Of a stretch of 64,000 bases of DNA, positions 21,836 to 32,940 are shown piece after piece. A program made the translations under genes and the position numbers. Within the stretch, counting starts at the first letter, position 1; each line of letters opens with the position of its first letter. The notes beneath the pieces are model-generated. The model had not been told where the DNA came from. It made no database searches and saw only the letters and a list, made by a program, of their open reading frames with translations. Source of the DNA: Histomonas meleagridis 2922-C6/04-290x (lineage: Eukaryota > Protista > Parabasalia); NCBI GenBank assembly GCA_020184695.1, contig JAANOX010000134.1, positions 1 through 64,000 on the forward strand, given 5' to 3'.

Positions 21836-22252
21836 ATGTCTGGTAAAGCTGAAGCTGCCGCCGCTGCTGCTACAAAGGGACAACAAAAACAAATTAAAAA
21901 GACAAGGAACTTCAAGAAGTATCAAAAACCAAAGGCTACCATTCCCGCAAAGAAGCCACAATATGAACATAAGGCTGTTCAACCAGTTTCATTAAAACGT
22001 AATGACTACAAGATCATCAAAGGCCCAGTTACATCAGATAAAGCATCACGCAAACTTGAAGATGAAAACACAATGACATTCTATGTTGACATCCGAGCTA
22101 AGAAACCAGAAATTGCTGCTGCTATCAACCGCCTTTACCATGTTAAGCCAGTTAGCGTGAAAACACTTATCACACCTAAATTCCTTAAGAAAGCATATGT
22201 ACGTCTTCCAGAAGAAGTCGAAGCAATGAACCTTGCTAACGAAATGGCTTAA
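21836..22252 (+). CDS. RPL23A: 60S ribosomal protein uL23 (L23a)
   Basis: IIKGPVTSDKA...EDENTMTFYVD...VKTLITPKFLKKAYVRL; likely ATG at 21836. Confidence 0.93.
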   Translation: MSGKAEAAAAAATKGQQKQIKKTRNFKKYQKPKATIPAKKPQYEHKAVQPVSLKRNDYKIIKGPVTSDKASRKLEDENTMTFYVDIRAKKPEIAAAINRLYHVKPVSVKTLITPKFLKKAYVRLPEEVEAMNLANEMA

Positions 22253-22421
22253 GGCGAACAATAAGGACTTTGGATATTTCTTTAGATCATAAAACAGATA
22301 ACACTTTTGGTATAAAAAATTTTTTTTCTTAAAAATACACGTAGCGTTAACACAAAAAGTGAAATCTCTCAGAAATTTTCAATTGGTCAACGTCATAATT
22401 CGTTTACAGTCATTTCACAAA

Positions 22422-23840
22422 ATGATTTCATCCCTTTTCAAGCGAAATCATTCAACAACACCGGATCTCCTTATAATTGGAGGAGGCCCAGGAGGCTATG
22501 TTTCAGCTATCCGTGCTGCACAACTTGGCCTTCAAACAGTATGTGTTGAAAAAGAAAATCTCTTAGGAGGAACATGCCTTAGAGAAGGTTGTATTCCATC
22601 TAAGTTCCTTCTTAATGTTGCTCATAAGTTTTATGAGACAAACCATGGTCTTAAACAATTAGGAATTAAATTAAGTTCACCTGCGAAAGTTGATATATCA
22701 ACAGTCCAAAAGCAAAAAGATTTAGTGGTTACTACCAATGCTAAAGGCATTGAACTTCTTTTTTCAAAATATGGTGCAACTCTTGAAAAAGGTTTAGCCA
22801 AAATTGTCGATTCCAAAACAATTTTAGTTCAACGTAATGATGGCACCTCTGTTGAATACCATCCAAAGAAGATAATTTTAGCCACAGGTAGTGAAGTTTC
22901 TTCAATACCTGATTATCCAATTGATGAGAAACTTATTGTTTCATCACGTGGTGCACTTCAATTCACCGAAGTTCCTAAAAGTCTTTTTGTTATTGGCCCT
23001 GGTGTCATAGGTCTCGAAGTTGGTTCTATTTGGAATTCCCTTGGTTCTAAAGTCACAATTTTTGGTCGTTCCCCATACATTGGTGGACAATCCGTTGATA
23101 AAGATTCATCCAAAGTCCTTATGTCGGTTCTTCGTCGACATGGCATTGATTTCATCCTTGGCAAATATAAAACCACACTTAAAAAGAATGATAACAGCGT
23201 TGATGTTACAGTTGGCGACAAACATTTTACTGTCGATCGAGTATTAGTTGCCATTGGACGTCGTCCATATTTGAAAGGCTTTGGCTTCGAAAATTTGAAT
23301 CTCCAAATGACCAAAAACGGATTTATTCAAACCAACGAACGATTTGAAACCTCAATACCAAACATATATGCGATTGGCGACATCACATTAGGACCACAAT
23401 TAGCACATAAAGCCGAAGAAGAAGGTATCCAATGCGTTGAAATGATTGCCGGAAAGCGAAAATCATCAGAAACAGAACCAATTCCATCAGTGATCTATAC
23501 ATCACCTGAACTTGCAGCAGTCGGCCTTAACGAAGAAGAGGCGAAGAAGAAAGGAATCAAAGTGAAAATCGGAAAGTTCCAATACAGGGCGAACAGTCGA
23601 GCGAGGGCAACATTCGATGTTGATGGCTTCGTTAAATGGGTTTGCGACCAAAAGGGTAATGTACTCGGATTAAATATCGTAGGGCCAAACGCTGGAGAGG
23701 CAATTATGGAAGGCACCATTGCAATTAAAAACAAGCTGAACATCAAAGACATCGCGGAAACATGTCATCCGCACCCAACACTGAGCGAAGCGCTGATGGA
23801 AGCAGCAAAGGCAGTTTTGGATAAGCCGATACATTCATAA
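22422..23840 (+). CDS. DLD: Dihydrolipoamide dehydrogenase (L protein), probably hydrogenosomal
   Basis: GGGPGGY FAD motif, GGTCLREGCIPSK redox disulfide, HPHPTLSE; short presequence MISSLFKRN; Inr-like TCATTT at 22410-22415. Confidence 0.95.
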   Translation: MISSLFKRNHSTTPDLLIIGGGPGGYVSAIRAAQLGLQTVCVEKENLLGGTCLREGCIPSKFLLNVAHKFYETNHGLKQLGIKLSSPAKVDISTVQKQKDLVVTTNAKGIELLFSKYGATLEKGLAKIVDSKTILVQRNDGTSVEYHPKKIILATGSEVSSIPDYPIDEKLIVSSRGALQFTEVPKSLFVIGPGVIGLEVGSIWNSLGSKVTIFGRSPYIGGQSVDKDSSKVLMSVLRRHGIDFILGKYKTTLKKNDNSVDVTVGDKHFTVDRVLVAIGRRPYLKGFGFENLNLQMTKNGFIQTNERFETSIPNIYAIGDITLGPQLAHKAEEEGIQCVEMIAGKRKSSETEPIPSVIYTSPELAAVGLNEEEAKKKGIKVKIGKFQYRANSRARATFDVDGFVKWVCDQKGNVLGLNIVGPNAGEAIMEGTIAIKNKLNIKDIAETCHPHPTLSEALMEAAKAVLDKPIHS

Positions 23841-23917
23841 GTAAACATTTGGTTTTGCTACGATTTTTGGTATGAGTTTGAACAGCATTAGTGCGGACGT
23901 GCTTGAACTGAGTCTTT

Positions 23918-24316
23918 TGTATGAGGAAATTCACTGTTTCTGTATGAGGAAATTCACTGTTTCTGTATGAGGAAATTCACTGTTTCTGTATGAGGAAATT
24001 CACTGCTTCTGTATGAGGAAATTCACTGTTTCTGTATGAGGTAATTCACTGTTTCTGTATGAGGTAATTCACTGTTTCTGTATGAGGTAATTCACTGCTT
24101 CTGTATGAGGAAATTCACTGTTTCTGTATGAGGTAATTCACTGTTTCTGTATGAGGTAATTCACTGTTTCTGTATGAGGTAATTCACTGTTTCTGTATGA
24201 GGAAATTCACTGTTTCTGTATGAGGAAATTCACTGTTTCTGTATGAGGAAATTCACTGTTTCTGTATGAGGAAATTCACTGTTTCTGTATGAGGTAATTC
24301 ACTGTTTCTGTATGAG
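23918..24316. repeat. 23-bp minisatellite, 17 full copies plus a partial copy
   Basis: TGTATGAGG(A/T)AATTCACTG(T/C)TTC head-to-tail from 23918 to 24308, then TGTATGAG; no spacers. Confidence 0.97.
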
Positions 24317-24559
24317 CATGTGAAGATGTAAATAATTTCCAAATATTATTTTAAAATATCAAATTATTAAAATAAATTTGAGTTTGGGCATTAGTGTCAA
24401 TTGCTTCTAAAGAAGTAACTTAACAGTTTCTATATTCCCATTTTCAGATGCAAATTTAAATGCATTGTTATAATAATTTTAATAATTTCCAAATATTTTT
24501 TTTTAAATTAAATTATTAAAATAAATATTAAATAAAACAAAATGATAATTATTGCATTA
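24317..24559 (-). pseudogene. Ankyrin gene remnant, 3' side of the transposon insertion
   Basis: Encodes NAFKFASENGNIETVKLLL* and carries spacer motifs (TTTGGAAATTAT); continues at 26246-26400 on the other side of the element. Confidence 0.8.
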
Positions 24560-26245
24560 CAGACTGTCAAAAAAAGGTTCCTCAGTCAAAAAAAGGTTCC
24601 TCACTTTTTTGAATTTGACAGAAATTTTTTTCAAATAAAATTAATTTTTCTAGACATACAATAAATTATTTTTAAAAAAACTAAAATTAATTATAAAGTA
24701 ATTATATATATATATATTATATAATAATTTAATAATAATTTGATTGGCTATTTATTGAGATGACTTAATTTTTGTATTTTTATATGCAATAATCTCTGTT
24801 AATCCAGCCAAACTCTTTTTGGGTAAATAGTGATTCATTATCACTTAAATCGGAGTTGTTAATAATATCTTCAAGATAATCCTTGCGAATAATGCAATAT
24901 TCGGAATAACTGATGCCTGAATCTTCAAACCAGCACGATAGAAAGCCTTTCTATTATTTGAAGATATCGTAGCTTTCTCCATGCTATAAATATTTATGTG
25001 AAATAGGTCAATTTGGCTTTCTTTTTTATATGTTGATCTGCAAGATGCCTTTTCTTTTTTAAACACACCAAAAGTAACCAAATCTAAAGGCTGAAATAAA
25101 TTTGTCGTATGTGGCGGAAATGTAATTGCTCTAATATTGTATGAACCTAACGTTTGCAGTATTTCTTGACTCACATGGGAAGAACAATTATCCATTAAAA
25201 TAATTGCATGAGAATCAGCTAATTACATTGCATTTCTAGTATTTTGTATGTATGGGATTATTATATTTTTCAAATACTCATGAAATATATTTGTAGTGAC
25301 ATAACTTTTTTCCTGATATGAATAGACAAAATCCTGATTATTTTTATATCCTGAATTAAGTAGTTCTTCATCAAGAGTCTTTCTATTTGATACAATAAGA
25401 GGAGGACAAGCATCACCTGCCATAGAAATCGCTGCACAAATTGAAATTTTTTATTTGCTCTTTTGATCGAAAACTGAACTCTTCTTACATTGAATTTAAT
25501 TGGAGCTATTACTCTTTTTGTTTTCCTGTCTGCCCAATCGCTTGATGAAGCTTCATTGATATTAATTATGAGCTCTGTGGGTGTATCTTGAACAAAATTA
25601 ATCAAATTTTCGTTATGGACTTTTGCTGTCATTTTGGAAACTGTGAGTTTCTCTTCTTCTTGTGGATATGCTGTGCATGTAGTGATTTTGTCACTATGCT
25701 TATTGAGGAAATTTATGTACCATGATCTTGAAACGACAACATTGAATTTTTCTCGAATTTCGCACCTAAGTTGTTTAGGTGTTAATGTCTCATGGTTAGC
25801 TGCATTACTAATAATTAAATTTAATACCTCATTCTCTTGTTCCTTGGTTAATATCGGAGGTCTTCCTGTTACTTTTTTGTTTTTGAAATTTCTGACCTGT
25901 TTCGATAAATTTGATTGATCAACCAAATTATATCGTGCAACACGCCGTATCGAAATATTTATATCTAAATCTTCACGTAGAATTGAAAATAATTCAATTG
26001 CTTGCTCAATTCGAGATTGATAATCTTTAAGCTTAAGTTATCAAATCACATATCTAGATGTAACAACTGATAGTTCTTTTGAAATATTTTCGAATAATGT
26101 TTCGTAATCTAGTGGAAGAGCACTGTATCCTGTTTTCATTGGGCTTTAAATATTAATTTTTCTAAATAACGTATTTTAAACGTTCTATAAACGTAAAAAA
26201 GTGAGGAACCTTTTTTTGACTGAGGAACCTTTTTTTGACGGTCTG
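24560..26245 (-). mobile_element. pogo/Tc1-mariner superfamily DNA transposon, 1686 bp, defective DDE transposase
   Basis: 51-bp TIRs (24560-24610 and 26195-26245, 1 mismatch); TA duplication at 24558-59 and 26246-47; HTH-CENPB-like and DDE_1 pieces (MDNCSSH, FPPHTTNLFQPLDL) broken by stops and a frameshift. Confidence 0.93.
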
Positions 26246-26400
26246 TAATATCAATTCCTTCTTGTTCAAGAATGTATTTAACAAGTTCAATATTTCCTGA
26301 AATTGACGAATAAACTAAAATGTTTTGCGGAAATGAAAATTATATAAGCAATTATAATATTTTAGAGTTCATAATTTCCAAATATTATTTATGTTGATTA
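26246..26400 (-). pseudogene. Ankyrin gene remnant, 5' side of the transposon insertion
   Basis: Encodes PQNILVYSSISGNIELVKYILEQEGIDI(N), matching ILVHSSGSGNIELVEYIL in ORF 35218. Confidence 0.8.
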
Positions 26401-26440
26401 TATAATGATTTGTGGATCCAATTCCATAATGAATTTTCTA

Positions 26441-26689
26441 CAGTGCCGGAGTTTTTGCTTTAACGCCAAAAAGACGATCAAAAGTTTTTGCCAAAAAAGT
26501 GGACAATTTCTTAATGTCCAACGGACAGCTTTAACGCCAAAAAGACGATCAAAAATTTTTGCCAAAAAAGTGGACAATTTCTTAATGTCCAATGGACAGC
26601 TTTAATGCCTAAAAGACGATCAGATATTTTTGCGTGAAAAAGTGGACAATTTTTAGCTTCCAATGGTCAAATTTTTGTGGCCGGCACTG
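26441..26689. mobile_element. Tc1-type MITE, 249 bp, with internal 71-bp tandem repeats
   Basis: CAGTGCCGG...CCGGCACTG termini flanked by TA (26439-40 and 26690-91); repeat units start at 26457, 26528 and 26599. Confidence 0.85.
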
Positions 26690-26789
26690 TAAGAAAAAAA
26701 AAGTGATTTTTCTAACCGTAAAAGCCGTTTGAGATTTTAACACATTTCATCCCAATGAATGGCGTGAAGACAGAACAATTAGAGTATGT

Positions 26790-27221
26790 TTGTTTTTTAA
26801 CACAAGAGATTTGAAAAGATTGTTTAAAAGGTTGTGCAAATCTGCAGATGAACGACTTGGTCGACATGAAGTTTCACAGTTACTGAAAGCAATAGGAATT
26901 AAAGCAACACCGCAAGAATTAAAAGAAATATTTAACGACGTCGCTGGGGATGAAGCAAAAATTGATTTTAATGGATTTGTGGTTTTAATGACTCGCAAAT
27001 ACAAACAACTTCCAATTGATGAGGAAATAAAATCAACTTTCAAATCAATGGATGTCAACAACAATTCATTTATTGATGTACAAGATATTATTTCATTAAT
27101 GAAATCAAATGGACATGAAATAACTCAAGAAGATGCACAAGAAATGTTATCACTGATTTCAGATTCACCACAAGGAATTACACAACAAGGACTCATTTCA
27201 TTTATCCAAACAAAAATGTGA
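26790..27221 (+). CDS. Calmodulin/centrin-like EF-hand protein, degenerate loops
   Basis: KIDFNGFVVLMTRK, EEIKSTFKSMDVNNNSFIDVQDIISLM and ITQEDAQEML motifs. Confidence 0.85.
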   Translation: MFFNTRDLKRLFKRLCKSADERLGRHEVSQLLKAIGIKATPQELKEIFNDVAGDEAKIDFNGFVVLMTRKYKQLPIDEEIKSTFKSMDVNNNSFIDVQDIISLMKSNGHEITQEDAQEMLSLISDSPQGITQQGLISFIQTKM

Positions 27222-27323
27222 TTTATTGTGTTTAAAATTTTTGAAAATGTCATAATATTTTTTTTCAATTTTTTGGGATTTTGTGAGTTTTTATTAATAC
27301 CAAACAAGACTGTATAACAGAAA

Positions 27324-27821
27324 ATGCAAAATTCTTTCTCAACTCCTCTTCCAATTCTTGGAAGCGAGTACTTTAACAATGACTTTGATGAAAGTGAAGT
27401 TATTGAGTCTTTTAAAAAAATGAAAATTGTTGATCTCCCAAAATTTCGACCAAATCCAATTAAACGAAAAACTCAAGCCAAGTTTGGAGTACGCGTAGAA
27501 AGCAAAATCAATACTGAATATATAGGTAGTACCTTGATTATAGATGACTTAGAATTAAACCAAATCAAAATTAAACCAATCACTCGAATCCAAAAGAAAA
27601 CACCAGAAAACGCAGAGATAAGAGACCACTTCAATGATAGTCATTACGAAGAAGAAGACATGGGAAATGAATATGGAGAACTTCAAGATGAAAATGAATA
27701 TCCTGAAGAAAGGAATATTGACGTGGAATATGCTGATGACAATGACTTCCATGACATTGACAATTATTTTGATGAGTACTTCGAATATGAGGAATCTAGT
27801 GATTCTGATTATTCTTTTTGA
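27324..27821 (+). CDS. Hypothetical protein with an acidic D/E/Y-rich tail
   Basis: 165-aa ORF with coding-like composition; family not confidently recognised. Confidence 0.6.
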   Translation: MQNSFSTPLPILGSEYFNNDFDESEVIESFKKMKIVDLPKFRPNPIKRKTQAKFGVRVESKINTEYIGSTLIIDDLELNQIKIKPITRIQKKTPENAEIRDHFNDSHYEEEDMGNEYGELQDENEYPEERNIDVEYADDNDFHDIDNYFDEYFEYEESSDSDYSF

Positions 27822-28009
27822 TAACCATAAAAAAACAAAATGTTAATAAAAATTATGATATATATAAAATTGTAAAAAATTTATATTTATTAAAAGCAAA
27901 ACTATGAATAACCCTAAATACATGTTTCATAAGTCTAAATTTCAAACTAAATTTTTACATGAAGACAAAATTTTAAAAGAAAATTGGCATTTCTGTTATC
28001 ATTGTTTAT

Positions 28010-31000
28010 TTAAAAACGTTTTGTTCTTGCTCTTAATGCCTTATTTAATTCTTTTTCATCATATTCAATTCCTTCCTTTTTCTTAAGAATATCAACAATA
28101 TTTTTATGCTTTCTTTTTGCTGCTTTAAAAATTGCTGAAATACCTAACAAATTGTGTGCATTAATATCAATATTTTCTTGTTCAAGAAGTAATTCAACTA
28201 TATTTATATAACCTTTTTCAGATGTAAACATAAGTGCAGTATTAAATAAATTAAATAATTTCCAAATATTATTTTAAAATATCAAATTATTAAAAGAAAT
28301 TTTAAACAAAACAAATAAATATCTTTCGCATTAATATCAATTCCTTCTTGTTCAAGAAGTAATTTAACTATTTCTATATGACCATTTTCAGATGCCCAAA
28401 TAAGTGCTGTTTTAAATAATTTAAATAATTTCCAAATATTGTTTTGAAATATCAAATTATTAAAATAAATAATAAATAAAACAAATAAATATCATTCGCA
28501 TTAATATCAATACCTTCTTGTTCAAGAAGTAAGTTAACTATTTCTATTTTGTCATATTTAGATGCTAAAATAAATGCTGTTTCAAAACATTTAATAAAAA
28601 TTTAAATATTGTCTTGAAATATTATATTGTTAAAAATTATATTAAACAAAACAAATAAATATCTTTCGCATTAATATCAATTCCTTCTTGTTCAAGAAGT
28701 AATTTAACTATTTCTATATGACCATTTTCAGATGCCCAAATAAGTGCTGTTTTAAATAATTTAAATAATTTCCAAATATTATTTTGAAAGATAAAATTAT
28801 TTAAATTTATTTTATCTTTAGCATTAATATCAATTCCTTCTTGTTCAAGAAGTAATTTAACTATTTCTGTACGACCTTCTGAAGATGCAATCAGAAGTGC
28901 TGTTTTAAATAATTTAAATAATTTCCAAATATTATTTTGAAATAATAAATTATTTAAATAAAAACTATATAAAACAATTAAATATTTTCCGCATTAATAT
29001 CAATTCCTTCTTGTTCAAGAAGTAATTTAACTATTTCTGTATGACCATTTTCAGATGCATACATAAATGCTGTCCAAAATAATTTAAATAATTTCCAAAT
29101 ATTATTTTGAAACAATAAATTATTAAAATAAATATTAAATAAAACAAATAAATATCTTTCGCATTGATATCAATTCCTTCTTGTTCAAGAAGTAATTTAA
29201 CTATTTCTATTTTTCCTTTTCTTGATGCCATCATAAGTGCAGTGCAAAATATTCTTTATAAATTCCAAATATTATTTTAAAATATCAAGTTATTATTATA
29301 AATATTAAATAAAATAAAAAAATATATCTAAAATCATAAGATTCGTTTTTATAATTTATATCAACTTCATTTTTTTCGATAAGATATTTTGCTATTTCAA
29401 TCTGCCCATATTCAATAGCATTAATAAGTGCTTTTCTAAATCATTTAAATAAATTTTAAATATTAATATGAAACGCCAAAATATTAAAACTTAATCGATA
29501 AAAATTTTAAAAACAAAATCATTTTCATCATATTCATAATCTAAAAGTAATTTAACGATTTCAAAATAACCAAATTTTATAGCATAAGCAATTTCTGTTT
29601 TAAATTTTATTAAGAAACCTCAACTAAAAAAAAGTAATACCGTTACCTAAAGCAAAACTTTTAAGATCAAGGAGCATTTTCACAGTTTCTATATCCCCAT
29701 TAATACAAGCGCATGAAAGTTCTGTTTCAAATAAATAAAATGAATACCAAAAATATAAATAAAACTGGATTATTTTAGAAAAAATATCAAAAAAATAATA
29801 TAAACTTCAAAGAATCAAAAATAACGATAAAAATAACAAAAAAATATGTTCACCATAAACATATATACCTTTTTGTTGAAGAAGTAGTTTAACAATTTCA
29901 CTATGACTTTCTTTAACCGCTAACATAAGTGCTGTATTAAATAAATTTAAGGAATTCCATATATAATTTTGAAACAAATAATTTTTTTATATATGCTATA
30001 AAAAAAAAGAACACAATATTCATTAATCTTAATACCATCTTGATTAAGAAGATATTTTACGATATCAACATGCCCTTTTTCAGATGCAGCTATAAGGGGT
30101 GTAACAAATCATTTAAAAAAAATTGAAATATATTTGGAATACATTAAATTTCAGAAAAACAACGTCACTTTTGGTATTAACATTCATTCCTTTTTCTTCA
30201 ATAAAATATTTAACAAGTTCTACGTTTCCTGACTTTGATGCACTTATTAATATATCTTTTGGTATCTTATTGTTTTTAAAGTAACAATTGATTAAATATA
30301 AGTTGCCGGATTCGGCAAATTCATTGATAATGTCAATATTTATTTCATTGTTTTGGTTTAAATATGAAAAAAGTTCATAATTGGAATATTGAATACATTT
30401 AATTTCTAAAAGATTTTTATAATCTTTTTCAGAGTTGATTAGCAATTGTTTATAAAAATAGCAATAATAATTTTGTTTGTCTAATTTTTTTTCATAAAGA
30501 TATTTAAAGATATCATTTCGATGGAATTGAATTGCTGTTTCATATGCATATTCAAATGATGAATGATTTTGCTCACATAAATGAATGATTTCTTCATTTC
30601 CACCTGCAACTGCATATTTGCCTGTGTTTTCTACTTTTGCATTGTTCATAAGTAAATATTTAAAACATTTAACGGATGAAAAAAATGCTGCATAATCAAT
30701 TAATGTAACATTATCTTTGTTAATAAATGAACATCTTTCATAAAGTGATGGTTCAATTATTTGATTAAAATCAAAATTTGGTTGTGATGAAATTTCTTGA
30801 AGTTTTTCTATTTCATCATTTCGAATTACTTTTGCAATTTCATTTGGATTTTCTCCTTCTTTAATTAATTTCTTATGGAGCTCCCAATCATTCTTTGATA
30901 GTTCTTCAATGTTCCTAAAAAAATTATAAATAGGATTGTTATGCAATAAATTTAAGTTTTTTAATATTTTGTTGATACACATTTCTTTTCTTATTCCTTG

Positions 31001-31477
31001 AATTTCTGAGTTTGATAAATAATGCGCAAAGTAAATTCTTTTGTAAGTGTATCTTCTGCTAATTTTTTTGAATTTATATAAATTATGTTCAATTAATTTT
31101 TCAATAATATAATAAGTATCAAATGAATCAATAGAATCAATAAAATGTATAAATGTTTCAATTATTTCGTAATCATTTGGAACAATATCTTTTTCTTTAT
31201 TTTCCAGAGATTTCATGAAAGCAAGATAAAGCTCAAAATCGTTTGAATTTGAAATAAAAGCATAAAAAGTCATTTGAGATATAATATTATTAAATGCATT
31301 TGGATATACTGAATCAAAAAAATTCATCATTGCGTCAGCAGATGATTCAACATTATCTTTATTCAAATCAAATACAATATGTTCCATATCACATGATTTT
31401 TTTAGGTATCTTGTAATGTCTTCAGAGATTTTTTTAGGCATTTTGATCAAAATCAGTGGCTCAGCCCACTTTTGCAT
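28010..31477 (-). CDS. DUF3447/ankyrin repeat gene A, repeats interrupted by fixed-length non-GT-AG spacers
   Basis: ORF 30113..31477 (LIDYAAFFSSVKCFKYLL...AVAGGNEEII) is followed by about 11 ankyrin units. 80-nt spacers lie at 28241-28320, 28411-28490, 28581-28660, 28904-28983, 29074-29153 and 29244-29323, and a 63-nt spacer at 28751-28813. Coding status of the 3' part is unproven. Confidence 0.8.
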
Positions 31478-31950
31478 AAATTTAGAATCAAAAGTAAAAA
31501 CGATAGAAAATTCTATTAACGATAAATAATTTTCAGAACAATACGGTTTACTAATTTGAATTATTATCTATCGACTGCACGGATTTTTGAAAACATCAGC
31601 ATAACCGGCAAAAAATCTTCAGATGCTCTTTCACTTTCTGAACGCGATTATATTAAAACCGATCGAAAAGTGCTGCTAATTTTTTACAACCAGTTTATTT
31701 CAAGAGAATGTCTAACAAAAAGTTTCAACTTGCTACCCATTTTTGGCCTTAGGTTTGGCGGAATGCTATTTCTCAATTATACGCGAATATTTAAAGAAAT
31801 GATTTCATATGTTAAGAAAGCTGTTACCCAAAAGAAAAATTTTAATTGTAAAAATGCAAACCAATAATAATCACTAATAATATTTTTAAGAAGTAATTTA
31901 ACCATAAACATTATGCAAAACAAAAGTCATTTTATTTCTATAACTAATTT

Positions 31951-32940
31951 TTATTCCGTTTTTTCTTTCACTTTATCATTACTTTCCTTCTTTATTTTGA
32001 ATATTTCGTTACTTGACCTGTTCACAGCCTTCACGCCCAACTTATTCGCCAGAAGCAACTGCGCGTAATTCGTGAATTTTTCGACATCTCCTTCTCCTTC
32101 TTTATCGAGTGTTATTGGTTCCATGTATTCGATTGTCACAAATGAAAATGGCATAGACAATAAGCTCGCAAAATGCTTAATAATGTTCGGCTCTGTCCAC
32201 GCAAATGTGTTCCATCCCTTCGGAACAAATGGCTGCCAATATCTAACGGATATCGGCTGCACTTTCTTGTGCGTTAAGAATGCGCCGCGATGAAACTTTA
32301 GTAAACAATCGCCGTTCGTAAGTGTTCCTTCAGGATATATTAAGATTGGTGGTAAAGATGGATCATTAGCTCGCTCGATGATGTAATGTGTAGCACCGGT
32401 GGAAACACTTCGATCTACATAGATTGGATAGGCGTTTTCATAGATTAACTTGGCTATCTTATTTCGTGATAATTCAATCTTCATAACACTGCTGAAATAA
32501 TGCGTGGTACAGGCTAAAAAGGGATCAATAAAGGCCGTGTGATTGGCAAAAAAGATACGTGTTTCGGGATCAACATCTCCTTTGCAATGAACATAGAGAA
32601 TTCCAAACGCAAAACCAAGAAATCGGAACCCAAGAACTGCAAGCCGATAACAAAAATGTTTGAGTTTATCGGCATGGCCAGTAAGATGTAATATTGTTCG
32701 AATAATAACAACAAGCAATAAGAGAAGAATACACCCCGTCAGTGAAATAACGATACGAAGTGGGCCAAGAAAGACAAAGAAACAAATGAATTGATAAAGA
32801 TAGTAATACCATTTCATCTCATGTGGAAGATATGCAGACTTGAATTCTTCATCATCAATTTTGGAAATTTCTTTTTGGTGAGTGTATTCTTCATAGTAGG
32901 AAGGAGCCGTTGAATATAAAATATCCTTGAACTTGCGCAT
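31951..32940 (-). CDS. Lysophospholipid acyltransferase (LPCAT/PlsC family)
   Basis: NHTAFID (HX4D) and PEGT motifs with an N-terminal TM segment. Confidence 0.92.
   Translation of the reverse strand: MRKFKDILYSTAPSYYEEYTHQKEISKIDDEEFKSAYLPHEMKWYYYLYQFICFFVFLGPLRIVISLTGCILLLLLVVIIRTILHLTGHADKLKHFCYRLAVLGFRFLGFAFGILYVHCKGDVDPETRIFFANHTAFIDPFLACTTHYFSSVMKIELSRNKIAKLIYENAYPIYVDRSVSTGATHYIIERANDPSLPPILIYPEGTLTNGDCLLKFHRGAFLTHKKVQPISVRYWQPFVPKGWNTFAWTEPNIIKHFASLLSMPFSFVTIEYMEPITLDKEGEGDVEKFTNYAQLLLANKLGVKAVNRSSNEIFKIKKESNDKVKEKTE

Noticed and set aside
23918-24316. CRISPR array
   Set aside because: Units are head-to-tail with no unique spacers, no cas genes are present, and the context is eukaryotic.
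27324-27821. RNA polymerase III subunit Rpc31
   Set aside because: Only the acidic, Tyr-containing tail is suggestive; not enough to name the gene without a profile search.
31556-31867. 103-aa ORF upstream of ankyrin gene A
   Set aside because: Non-ATG start and no recognisable domain or element termini.
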